NCBI GenBank assembly: GCA_013239625.1
Contig: MU053652.1
Location: forward strand, 4,825,902 to 4,889,901
From: Lama guanicoe
Taxonomy: Eukaryota
Length of the DNA stretch: 64,000 bases
Reading direction: 5' to 3'
Shown: in pieces, positions 39,328 through 50,650 of the stretch
How the letters are laid out: the number at the start of each line of letters is the position of its first letter
Position numbering within the stretch: position 1 is the first letter of the stretch
The notes under the pieces: generated by a model
Seen by the model: the letters and a program-made list of their open reading frames with translations, nothing else
What the model was told of the DNA's origin: nothing
The model's database searches: none
Program-made: the position numbers and the translations under genes

Positions 39328-41189
39328 ATTCCCTTGATTTTGATGTCAGGATTTTCCCACCTTCTGGGGTTCCAGCCTGGGGTGCATGGGGGTGGCAGTG
39401 CAGATGGACCTTCACCTGGAGGCTGGTTCTCATGCAGGGGCTGCCACGTCTTGTTCCAGGGGCTCCTGGAAGATCCAGGATAAAGGAGCATAGCCTCTGA
39501 GCACGTCAGTTTTACTTGTTGGTAAATATTGGGAAACATTGCACATTAAAATAAACATGAGTCTAGCACAAGACAGAATACAAAATGCACATGAATTTTT
39601 CACTCAAAACCGGGACTTGAAAGAAATTCTGTGCTTGTGGCAAATTTTCTTCCAACTTAGAACTCTGGGGGGTGAGATTTGATGGGAAGTTGAAGGAACA
39701 TGAGCCCAGGAGCCCCAGGTCTGGCTTAGAATCTGGTTTGCTTTGGTCTGAAGAGTTGGTGGCAGCCAGGGAGGGAAGGGGCAGCAGAGGGCCCACCACA
39801 CCCTGGGCTAAGTTAGGCCTTAGAAACCAAAGGGGTTAAGATTACTGTAGACATGGCGGTGCTCTAAACCCCACTGCTGCTCATCAGAGATGCAGCTCCT
39901 CCAGCCCAGGGACCTGTAGTGGGCGATCATCTGTCTTGGATTCAAGTCTCGCCTTTACCTGGGACCTAACGGAGGAAGCTGACCAACCGGATGACGAAGG
40001 CAGGAGTGGGCGTGGCCAACTTTGAGCCTCGGGCTTCCTGTGCTCCCCCCAGCACCTCCCTCAATGTCGCTAGAGGCAGCAGCCACGGAGGGCAGGTGGG
40101 CAGTCAAGGGCCACCCTCCACCCCTGGCCTCTGGGCAGCCACCAGGAAGGGCCAGAATCTACCCCAAGGCCGTCTCCTCTGCAGCCTGAGCGCCCCACAA
40201 TAATTTGGCCTGAGAGATGAGCACCGGAAAGTTGCCCATTTAATTTAATTTATTTCAATTTAATTTTAATTTAAGCTATTTCACATTTGCTTCCCCCGCT
40301 ATCTTTTTTCGCTCTCAGCGTTGTTTAATTATTGCAGCTTGTGAAAAGGAAGATGGAAAATGGTCAGAAAGTCCAGCGGAGCCCAGCCCCTATCCTGAGA
40401 CCCCCTTCCCCTTCCTGTGCCTGACAAAGCGCCCTGTGTGTCCCCTCAGGGCCCTCAAGGCCAGACTGAGGTGGGAAGTGGAGAACCAGCACCTTCAGTG
40501 GACCCAAAGCCCCCTTTCCCACCACAGATGAAAACAGTAATGATACAAACAATTCACTGGGTGTCTGCTGCACACCACCCCATCTTACCTCATTTATTCT
40601 TCCCACACCCTGCTGGAAAGCGGGCATTGTCCCCATCTTTCAAATGAGACACCTGAGCTCATTTGTCCAAAGATACACAGCCTCTGCAAGAGGATCGGCA
40701 GGAGGAGCTTGCTGTGTGTCCCTGGATATGGGAACTGCCCTCTCTGAACCTGTTCCCAAATTGCAAAATGGAATGATAGTAATCATTCCTAAAAGAGTTT
40801 CACAGGTATACTGGCCTAAATAAGTGCAAAAAACTTATCAGAAAGACTGAACTTAAAAAATGTTGGAATATCAGGAAGATTGTTCTTTTAGGATTAAAAG
40901 CAACTTCTGCCTTGGAGGATGAAGACCTGGCTTTGTCTCTGGGACCAGACTTCCTTTTGTTCTGAAATGAGCCCTTTGGGAAGCCATGTAGTCATGTGGG
41001 TGATATAAGGACCTGCCCCTTGTTGGGAGGCTGGGTGGGTGGACACCTGCTGACCTAAAGTCCTAACCCAAAGTGGAGGCTTGTTCTGTGCTGTTTGATC
41101 TTCCCTCATCTCATTTTTGGAAGCACCTACGCTTGCAGAGGTAGAGAGATTCTTTTTAAAAATCTAAAACCTAGAAAATTTCTTTGTTT

Positions 41190-41597
41190 TTGCCCAAAGC
41201 CTCAGGGCCTTTGCACCAGCTGCTCCCTCTGCCCTGGACACACTGCCCCAGCTATTTACATGGTAGTCTCTCTCCTGTACTTCAAGATTTTATTTAAATG
41301 TCACCTTCTCAATGAGACCTTCCCTGACCACCCTATTTAAAATTGCAGCTCTGCTCCCCTCCTCCCACAATCTCCACCCCTTTCCCTGGTTTACTACGCA
41401 GCCCCTGACCTGGGCACTTGACACCTTCTAATATCCTGTGTTATGTATTGATCTGGTGTCCCGTGTGTCTCTCCCACTAGAATTTAAAGGCAATGAGGGC
41501 AGGAATTTTGTCCATTTGGTTTACTGCTGAATCCCCAGTGCCTAAGATAGTGTCTGGCACCACATAGTAGATGCTCAACAAATGTGTGACTGAATTA
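41190..41597 (+). mobile_element. L2a 3' end
   Basis: cctcagggcctttgcac...aaatgtcaccttctcaatgagaccttccctgaccaccct...ccccagtgcctaagatagtgtctggcac...tagatgctcaacaaat. Confidence 0.85.
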
Positions 41598-41608
41598 AAC
41601 AAGGGAAA

Positions 41609-41782
41609 GAACAAGGGAAAGTGAATAAATACATTGGAAAGCAGGAATCCTTAGAGGAGAGATGATCTCAACTAGAATGTGAAAACATGTTGCTTCGACA
41701 GCAAATGGATGATGCTCAAAACAAAGCCAACAGTAAAGACAAGACAGTAATTAATATCCACGACCAGTTTCAGGATATTGTG
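41609..41782 (+). pseudogene. ANKRD26: ANKRD26-family pseudogene fragment (CCDC144C-type coiled-coil region), in-frame TGA at 41663-41665
   Basis: Translates [57 protein letters not shown], which I recognise as the ANKRD26 segment [50 protein letters not shown] (recalled, not searched). Confidence 0.85.
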
Positions 41783-42252
41783 AGCATTTTCTCATTGGAG
41801 ATGAGGAGCAGAAACAGAAACATGGTTGGGGGGGGACAGGGGCAGGCCCCTAGTTCCCTTCACCTCGCACCAGAGGAAAGACCTAGACCAGAACTGGGAC
41901 GGGTTTCACCAGCATGACCTGGGATGGATGGTTGGTGACCACTTGCAGGAATGTGACCACAAAGACCAGGCTCTGGAAGGACACTGCTGGCCCGTCGGGA
42001 TGGTCTAGTCCAGACAAGGCCAACCACAGCCCTTTCAGGCTGCCTGTTAAAGTATGGCTGGTCACATAGGAAACAAGGCAGGTCCAGATCTGAGAGTGGG
42101 GAGGTTTCTGTTGAATCAAACTCAGCTCTCCATAGAACATTCTCAGGGTGGTACAGAGATGGTCTCTGCTATACAGTGCAAGCTGTGGTAGTCAGGGAGC
42201 CAGCCCACCAAGAGCAGGTGACAGTCCGGGGACTCCAAGGACAGCCACTTCT

Positions 42253-42991
42253 TTTTCAAAAATTTTTATTGAAGTGTAGTTGATTTACAATGTTGTGTTA
42301 GTTTCTGGTGTACAGCATAGTCATTCTGATATATATATATATATATATATACACATACATACATATATACATATATATATTCTTTCTCATCTTCTTTTCC
42401 ATCATGGTTTATTATAGGATATTGACTATAGCTCCCTGTGCTATACAGTGGGACCTTGTCATTTATCTATTTTATATACAGTGGTTTGTATCTGCTAATT
42501 CCAAACTCTTGATTTATCCCTCCCCTACCCCCTTTCCCTTTCATAGTCATAAGTTTGTTTTCTATGTCTGCGAGTCTCTTTCTGTTCTGTAAATAAGTTT
42601 ATTTGTATTATATTTTAAATTCCACATATATAAGATATTATAATATTTGTCTTTCTNNNNNNNNNNNNNNNNNNNNNNNNNNNNNNNNNNNNNNNNNNNN
42701 NNNNNNNNNNNNNNNNNNNNNNNNNNNNNNNNNNNNNNNNNNNNNNNNNNNNNNNNNNNNNNNNNNNNNNNNNNNNNNNNNNNNNNNNNNNNNNNNNNNN
42801 NNNNNNNNNNNNNNNNNNACGGGGGTGCATGTATCTTTTCAAATTAGGGTTNNNNNNNNNNNNNNNNNNNNNNNNNNNNNNNNNNNNNNNNNNNNNNNNN
42901 NNNNNNNNNNNNNNNNNNNNNNNNNNNNNNNNNNNNNNNNNNNNNNNNNNNNNNNNNNNNNNNNNNNNNNNNNNNNNNNNNNNNNNNNNNN
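42253..42991 (-). mobile_element. Artiodactyl-type L1 3' end, about 740 bp, two N-runs
   Basis: tttattgaagtgtagttgatttacaatgttgtgttagtttctggtgtacagcatag; TSD gccacttct at 42244-42252 and 42992-43000; (AT)n near 42328-42380. Confidence 0.9.
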
Positions 42992-43250
42992 GCCACTTCT
43001 AATGGCAGTTGGCAAGTCTGTCCAGGTTTCAGAGGAAGAGCCAAAGGGGAGAGAAGTGATCTTTTCCTAAGGCTGTGAGGGCCTCGGCCATAGTCAGCAG
43101 AGGCTTAGGGATCCAGAAAAGCGGTGACTGGAAGGAGAGGCAACAACGTGTCAGAAGATGAAAGCGGAGCCAAAACAGCCAAAGGAAGCTTTTCCAGAGT
43201 GAATGTATGCAAGGCATATTGGCTTATTGTTTATGAATATCCAATTCTGA

Positions 43251-43462
43251 CAAACTACTATATACCAAATAGATAAACAACAAGGTCCTCTTGTACAGCA
43301 CAGGGAAGAATAGTCAACAACTTGTAATAACCTATAATGAAAAAGAAAATGAAAAATTACATGTATGTACGCATAACTGAATCACTGCTGTGCACCAGAA
43401 ACTAACACAGCATCGTAAATTAGCTATACTTTTAAAAAACAATTAATTAATTAATTAAAAAA
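43251..43462 (+). mobile_element. Artiodactyl-type L1 3' end, about 210 bp
   Basis: agataaacaacaaggtcc...tgtgcaccagaaactaacaca; perfect 16-bp TSD gaatatccaattctga at 43235-43250 and 43463-43478. Confidence 0.9.
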
Positions 43463-44389
43463 GAATATCCAATTCTGATTTTTAAAAAGTAAGAGAGACT
43501 TATTTATAGAAGCAAATAGCTGGTGAAACATTTTAAACATAAAGTAGATAGAATTATGTATGTGAACAGAGGGGCAAAGAATGGAACAGATGAGTCTTAC
43601 TGATAGATAAAAAGGATAAAAAAAAAACAGGCATCAAATATCCATGGTACACTAAATACACATGAGGCTCCCAGCATACTCAATATTCACAAGGTCTTCA
43701 CTCGGCCACCCACTGGTGACACTCATTCTGGCTCTATGTGTCCTACACGCAAGGAAATTAGTACGTTTAAACATCCCAAATACTAACGTCTATTAACTCC
43801 TACTGTGGGAAATACCTGTAATAATCTAAATAAAGCACCCAATGGGTTTGAATCTTCAAAAAAAATAAATAGCTCTACCACAGGCTATAATTGGTGAGCC
43901 AGCTCAGCCTCTGCGCATCTCTGATAGATTGGGCGCTGGCTGCAGGCACTGCTGTCCGCTGGGCCCCTTTGCTCACCTGACTGGTCCTCCCATCACATCA
44001 GTGACAAGGCTGACGCAGCAGGGAGAGGCAGGACGTGTGAACCCGGGATTCGGCCCTGTGCTCCTTCCACCCGAGGGCACCCAGCCTAAGTGGCCTAACT
44101 CACTCATCTCTTTCCTCTTGCTTCTCACCGTACAGTTTTAATTGATTTAATAAGCCATGTAATTCGAGACTCCATCCAGTCTGTGAGCCTTTCTGTCCTG
44201 TGAGCTCTGGGACAGCTAGCCTGGCCGTGCACAGAGGTAATTTCCAGCATGACAGTGTGACATGGAGTGTCACTGGGACACTTTAACTCTCCAATATACC
44301 TGGAGGAGGGAGGGCTTTGGGGGACTCAGGTCATGATAATTTGGACTTGAAAGGGAGGGCTACCTCCTTTTGTGAGCATAGTCTGCAAG

Positions 44390-44800
44390 CGTGGCAGACT
44401 GCCCTTTCCAGGATGGCTGCAACACTATCTCCCATCCCAGACCGAGTAGGGGGATCCATGTCCCCTGCCCTTGACCCTCAGCGCACGTTTGTGGCTGGTG
44501 AGGCTGCGAGGTAGTGGTGGACGAGGACGGTGGAAGTGACGTTATGTGGCTTCCAAGGCTGGGTCAGAAAAAGCGATAAAACTTCTGCTTCACCGGCTGG
44601 AATGAATTCTCACTCTGGAAGTCTTCAGTGGTCACAGAAGCAGTCTGACTACCCTGAGGCTGCCACACTGGGAAAAAGCCCAAACTGACTCATGAGCAGA
44701 AAGGCCACAGAGAAAGGCCACTCATGGCTGTTGTTGGAGATCCCAGCCTCTGCCAGCATCAGCTGCCAGAAGCGGGGGCGAGTGAGCCTCAGAGCCCCGG
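44390..44800 (+). mobile_element. MLT1G/H-like MaLR LTR
   Basis: gtggcagactg...gatggctgcaacactatctccc...gaagtgacgttatgtggcttccaaggctgggtca. Confidence 0.6.
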
Positions 44801-45544
44801 CCCCCATCGCCCTGGTCTGGAGAGGCCAGGACACTCTGGCTGCAAAGACATTTGTCCCTGGTGCTGCCTTGCCTCCCTCTGTCCAGGCCTCCTCCCTGCC
44901 AGCCCGGCACTGCAGGCGGGAGAGGAGTGCTCACATCTTTGACAAAGTCCCTTCCTGGGTGGCAGCCCAAGCCCCCACCGCAGACCATGCCTGGCCAGTG
45001 CTACCGTAGTACTCAGTGGCGGTCACCTGGAGCACTGACAGTTTGGCTCAGGGAGTGACTCTTCCTGACACATCTCCAGCCCCACAAGTCCCCCCAGCCT
45101 TTGTGCCCTCAAGGTTGGTGGCACCATGGCAAAAGCGGAGATTGAGCTGACTGAGTTGAGGAGAGCCGAGCCTCTGCGGGGCGCTGGCCCTGCTCGGAGC
45201 CCATGTGCTGTTTCCTATCGATCTGTCTCTCAAGGCCTTTCTCTTTCTTTTCCTTTAAAACGATCTTAACAAGAGCAGCTTCCAGCCTGTCTCCAGCCTC
45301 TCGTTTGCTCTCAATTCCATGTGCATCTCTTGGGTTCAGTCCATTATTTTACCTCAAGGCATCTCTCCTGTCCTGGTTCCCCACCCCAACCCCAGGTCAC
45401 TCTAGGGGATTTTACTGAGCACTGCACAGGGAAGATTGTTTCATGATGCACCTTGGGGCCTTGCCCCATCTCCGTCTTCCCAGTTCTGGGCTAAAGAGTT
45501 GCTCAGAGGATTCACTGAGGACCTATGAGGAATAGAGGCAGTGT

Positions 45545-45772
45545 AAGAGAGGCATTACAAACATGGCCAGGTCCAAATCCAACTTCACGGCTCACCAGCT
45601 ATGTGACCTTGGGCAAGTTACTCAACTTCTCTGTGCTTCTGCCTCCTCATCTGCAAAATGGGGTGTAGCGGAACCTACTTCAGAGGCTAAATGAGTGAAT
45701 GCGTGTGCAGCATTTGGAGCAGGACTCAGCACACAGTGACTGCTGGGCAAGTGTTTGCTATGATGATGATAA
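45545..45772 (+). mobile_element. MIR SINE
   Basis: accagctatgtgaccttgggcaagttactcaacttctctgtgc...cctcatctgcaaaatgggg. Confidence 0.85.
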
Positions 45773-45856
45773 TGGTCTCTGTGCTGCCAGTGGTGGAGGG
45801 CACAGATGGGGCTGGAGGTTCTTGCTTCCCCCTGTAGGGGTCCATGTGCCTGGAAT

Positions 45857-46006
45857 ATTTTTGTTTAAAAATTTAAAAATTTGGGGGTGGAGGCAGGTGA
45901 TTAGGTTTATTTATTTATTAATTTTTAGAGGAGGTCCTGGGGATTGACTCCAGGACTTTGTGCATGCTAAGCATGTGCTCTGTCACTTGAACTACACACT
46001 CCCTCC
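45857..46006 (-). mobile_element. Camelid Vic-1-type SINE, long form, more diverged
   Basis: gaggtcctggggattgactccaggactttgtgcatgctaagcatgtgctc plus taggtttatttattta linker; TSD not clean. Confidence 0.85.
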
Positions 46007-47319
46007 TTCACATACTAGAATTCTTTCTGAAAGAGGAGAAAGGTAGCCCACCTTAATATTCACCACAAACAACCCTCCTCCCACACCCTTCCCTCCACCA
46101 CATGTCCCGTCCAAGTCTTTCTCTTTCGTTGCTCTGGCCCTGCTGGGGAAAGAAATATGGTGGTCTCCCCTTTTTCCAGACAGGAGAGTGGTAGTGCAAT
46201 GATGGGGTGGTCAGCTGGTTGGGTCAGCCCAGACCTCCACACTCCATCCTCCCTACTCATCATTCTTTCTGCCATCGCCCTGTCCCCTCCCGTGGCCACA
46301 GTCGGGGCAGGATTCCAGGGAGCTCTGAGTCCTCCGTTCATGCCAGCCCTGGAGCCTGGAGACACCAGATGTCTACAGGACTCGATTCCTCCCCTGTCCC
46401 TTATTTCTTGCTTTGGGGTGCTGGGAGCCCTGGGAAATGGCAGCACGGGAGAGAGCCTCTCTGTTTGGGGACCATTTCCAGCTGAGCGTGAAAGGAGGCT
46501 GCTGGTGAGGCCTGGCCCCTCCTGGAAAGAGCTGATGAGGGAAGAGCTGCTGTGGTGGCAATGAGACAGTCGCAGCTTTCCCACGGGGCTGGCCATTTGG
46601 AGACAGGTGCCCGGGATGCCTCAGTCCGCCCTCCTCTCCATTTATCCAAGCCCGTGCCATCCTTCCAGCCCTTCTCAGGTGTCCCCTGGGAGATTCTGGC
46701 ATCCCTTCCCCATGGGATCTTCTCCTGGGTGGCTTTGAGAGTCCTATTGATACATGATGCTGTGATTTGCTCAGCTATTTCCAGTGTCCCTCTGGCTACC
46801 CAAGCCACACTGGAGGCTTCCAGAATGCAGGACCTGTGCCACCCTTGACTCTGAATCCCCACAGTCCCTGCTTCCTGGGGATGTGGTACAATGACTGCTG
46901 ATGTGACCTGGAGACTTCAAGACTCTTGTCCATATCTAGAAGCCGATATGGTAGTAAGTCTACATGACTCACAAGGGCCAGGAAGATAAAGTCATCACCA
47001 TCAGTGCCACCTCCGTCCCTTGCTTTTGTCAAGTCTTGCCTTTCTGAGCTGTGACTTAATATCTCTCCACAGCAAGAGGTCCGTGACAGGAGATGGAGTC
47101 GAGCTCGGTCCTTCTGAGGGAAGGCAGGGCACAGGCTGCTGCCTGCCCCTGGTGAAACATCAAAGTTGGAGAGGAAAGATGGAAAACGACAGAGGAAAGC
47201 TGCTTCCCTCCCTTGGAGCTCCTTTTGACAGATACAGCGCACACTGTGTAGAACCAGGCACAGAGCCGGCAAGCTGGACCCAGGGGTGAGGGGCAGGTGA
47301 AGATCATTTATAATTAGTC

Positions 47320-47545
47320 ATAGCCATCCACAGCGAACACTCACGGAGCCCTCACCACCTGCCAGGTACTGGGCTTGGCATCGTCTCACTTACTCCTCAC
47401 AATAGCCACATGCGACAGAGCCTTTTATTTATCATCCCTATTTTATAGATGAGGAAAATGAGTCACTTGCCCAGAGACACACACACAGCAGCAAGTGGCA
47501 GAACCAGGATTTGAACCTGGGAGTTCTGATTCTTTATCACCACAT
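47320..47545 (-). mobile_element. MIR SINE
   Basis: atcatccctattttatagatgaggaaa...agtggcagaaccaggatttgaacc. Confidence 0.8.
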
Positions 47546-48428
47546 TAAGAGCAACCTTACCCTACACCTAGCATCAGAATTCACTCAACCTGCCTATGGA
47601 ATAGCTTTCTGCCAAGGCTGCATGCTCAGTCCCATTATGTTCCAGTCTTCCTGGACCCATCTGTCTCAGTCAGCTCTTGGCATAATAATGCTGTGTAACA
47701 AAGGACCCCCCCACCAAAATCTCAGTGACTTGCAACAAAAATCATTTATATCATGGGTCTACAGGTCACTGCGGTTTGGCAGCATTTATTAGATGCCTAT
47801 TACTGGTGACAGAGGGGAACATGCGCGCTGGGCTTTGGAAAGTTAGTAGAATTTCAAGAGACAGTGAAAGTGGAGAAGAGTGTTCTAGAAAGTGGGAACT
47901 GCCTTTAGCCAAAGCAAAGGGGGATGAAGAGACTGAGGTGTTTAGTTTCCTGAGGATCAGGATGCATGGGCAGGCATGGGTGAGGGACTAGATCAGTCAC
48001 AGATATGGAAGGGTCAGGCCAAGCAGTTTGAGAAGCCCTCGACATTTTTTAAACCTGGAGAGTGGACTTGAAGAGGACAGATGGTTGAAGGCAGGAAGAT
48101 GTTAGAAGACTTTGGCTGTTCTCTAGGTAAGACATGTTAGGAATCTGGGGTCAGCTGGACCCAGTGCTGGGCGGGTGGGAGCTGGGTGTGCATATTCCCA
48201 AGGAGGGAGGGAACAGAAGGGCTCTGGGCAGCGTGTGACAAAAAAGCAACATGAGGATTATTTCTGTAGCACCCACATTCTCCCTCTATTTCAAAAGAAG
48301 CATAATTGAGATAAACCCATGTCCCAACCCCTGGCCACAGTGGGGAGGTTTTGCAGAACCCTCACTCAACCAATTCCTTGCTAAAATGTCCATTCTTTGT
48401 TTGAAAATAAAATAGCCACTCATACTTT

Positions 48429-48924
48429 TTTTAAATTGAAGTATAGTCAGTATACAATGTATCAATTTCTGGTGTACAGCATAATAATCCAGTCATACAT
48501 ATACATACATATGTTCATTTTCATATTCTTTTTCATTATAGGTTACTACAAGATATTGAATATCATTCCCTGTGCTATACTGTATAAACTTGTTGTTTAT
48601 CTATTTTATATATGGTAGGTAGTATCTGCAAATCTCAAATGCCCAATTTATCCCTTCCCACCCTCTTTCCCCCCTGGTAACCATAAGTTTGTTTTCTATG
48701 TCTCTGAGTCTGTTTCTGCTTTGTAAATNNNNNNNNNNNNNNNNNNNNNNNNNNNNNNNNNNNNNNNNNNNNNNNNNNNNNNNNNNNNNNNNNNNNNNNN
48801 NNNNNNNNNNNNNNNNNNNNNNNNNNNNNNNNNNNNNNNNNNNNNNNNNNNNNNNNCTTTATTCAGTCCTCTGTCAATGGACATTTACTTTGTTTCCATG
48901 TCTTGGCTATTGTAAGTAATACAA
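48429..48924 (-). mobile_element. Camelid/artiodactyl L1 3' end; N-run 48729-48856
   Basis: attgaagtatagtcagt...ataggttactacaagatattgaatat; TSD ccactcat(a/t)cttt at 48416-48428 and 48925-48937. Confidence 0.9.
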
Positions 48925-49339
48925 CCACTCATTCTTTAGAGTCACAGGTGTACATGCTGGACCCTGCTAGAGACTCTTAGAAGACCCTGGGGCCCAGTGT
49001 CCACCCTGGGGTCTCCTCTCCATGGGTCATAGACGACATTTGAAGAGAGTCAGCCAGGTGAAGGGTGTGCATGTATCTTGCCACCAAATGCAGACAGATG
49101 GGCCCCAGGACCTTTATCTCTGGTCTCCTTAGGTGCCCAACTCCAACACAGGTGCTCAGAAAGTACCCTTTGCCGGTGACCACTGGATGTTCAGAGCTGT
49201 CGGGAAGTCGTCTGGTGCCGGATAATCGAGCTCCTAGGAAGCCACCCGGAGTCAGGAACCTCCCACCCGTCCCCTTCTCGTCCCTCCGTCTGTTCTCCCC
49301 CAACTTGGCCTGAGACAGGCTATGCGGAGGAGATTCCCA

Positions 49340-49900
49340 TCTGGAGACGAGAAACGCATTTCGCGGTGGTCGGGGGTAAGGGGTGGAGGCGGAAGGAGGG
49401 CGTGACCACAGCCATGGGAGGCTGCCAATTTTCAGCCAGTTTATTGGCTGGGTCTTTGCAGACCAAGCCTCCAAGGCTCCTGCCTCTTGCTGATGCTGTT
49501 ACTTTCCCCACCAGGGCTGGGAATTGGTTTATTTTCCAGGCAGCTACCTCAGCATCGCCCGCTGCAGCACCAGGCCCGGGGGCAGGCTGCTGTGTGTGTT
49601 CGTTTTGATTGCGCGTCTTTTGGGGCATGAAATCACCGCGGGGAACGCGAGCATCCCCAGGCGGAGGCAGAGGGGCGGCAGCAGGGTGCTGCCGGCCAGG
49701 GGTCCCGGACTCGCGGTGGGGCTACCACCGCTCTGTGCTTCACGCCCTCCGGCCCCGGCGCGGGCACGTGAAAGGCGGGCACCGCGAAGCAAGAGGCAGG
49801 TGTCGGGTGGGAGGCAGGGCGCCTGGCTGGTGCTGTGCGGAACCAGCCCTTCCTGCCCAAGGAGAGCCGAGGCGGTTCGGGGCCTCGGTTTCCCGTTTCT
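49340..49900. promoter_or_regulatory. CpG island with promoter-type motifs
   Basis: High CpG; CCAAT 49425-49429 and ATTGG 49443-49447; CACGTG 49765-49770. Confidence 0.6.
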
Positions 49901-50286
49901 GCCAAGTCCACTGGGCCGTGCTTCCTCTACAGGAAAGCTCTAGGCGAGAATTCCTTGCCTCTTCTAGTCTCCGGTGCCTGCTGGTGTTCCTTGGCTTGTG
50001 CTAATGCGAACGTTAACTCCAATCTCCGCTTGCCGAAGGGTAGCAAAACATGCCTGGAGGAGTTCAGGACATGCCGCTCTAAATATGCCACTCTGTTGCA
50101 TTGATTATTTTAAACAGTAGGCAACTGAAAGACCGCAAATGAAAGGAGAGGCTTTCCCAGAACTCCCCTTACCTGCCTAAATACAGAGCATCCCAAAGGA
50201 CCTCTGTTGTCATCAGTCCCCTCCGCAGTTTCCATCAACCAGGGGGACTGACTGTTATTACAGGAGAGAAAAGTAGAAGTGACACC

Positions 50287-50374
50287 CAGGGGGATGGTAT
50301 GCTCAGTGGTAGAGCACAGCACGAGGTCCTGGGTTCAATTCCCAGTACTTCCATTTAAAAAAACAAAAGAAAAT
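50287..50374 (+). mobile_element. Camelid Vic-1-type SINE, short form with anticodon-arm deletion
   Basis: tRNA head plus A-tail; TSD tagaagtgacacc at 50274-50286 and 50375-50387. Confidence 0.9.
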
Positions 50375-50504
50375 TAGAAGTGACACCACACCCAGACTGT
50401 CATAAACTACTCTACTCCCATCTGTTCTTCTGAGAGTCCATTCATCTTTCCTAAAATTTATTTACTTTTTCCTAAGAGGCCAACCTCCTCTCATCCTTCC
50501 CTAT

Positions 50505-50650
50505 ATGTATTTTTTCTTTTAATTCTTTTTTTTCCCCTTGGTGAGGGTGTTAGGTTTATTTATTTATTTAATGGAGGTACTAGGGATTGAACCCAGGACC
50601 TTGTGCATGCTAAGCATGAGCTCTACCACTGAGCTACCCACTCCCCCCAG
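50505..50650 (-). mobile_element. Camelid Vic-1-type SINE, long form
   Basis: TSD tccttccctat at 50494-50504 and 50651-50661. Confidence 0.9.

Noticed and set aside
41687-41917. 76-aa ORF as an intact ANKRD26-like gene
   Set aside because: Only the first 32 codons are homologous, an in-frame stop lies upstream, and no promoter or other exons are evident; kept as a pseudogene fragment.
46060-47307. Cluster of 100-180 aa ORFs in unique GC-rich DNA (also 58657-59374)
   Set aside because: No recognisable homology, no consistent exon structure, and ORFs occur equally on both strands.
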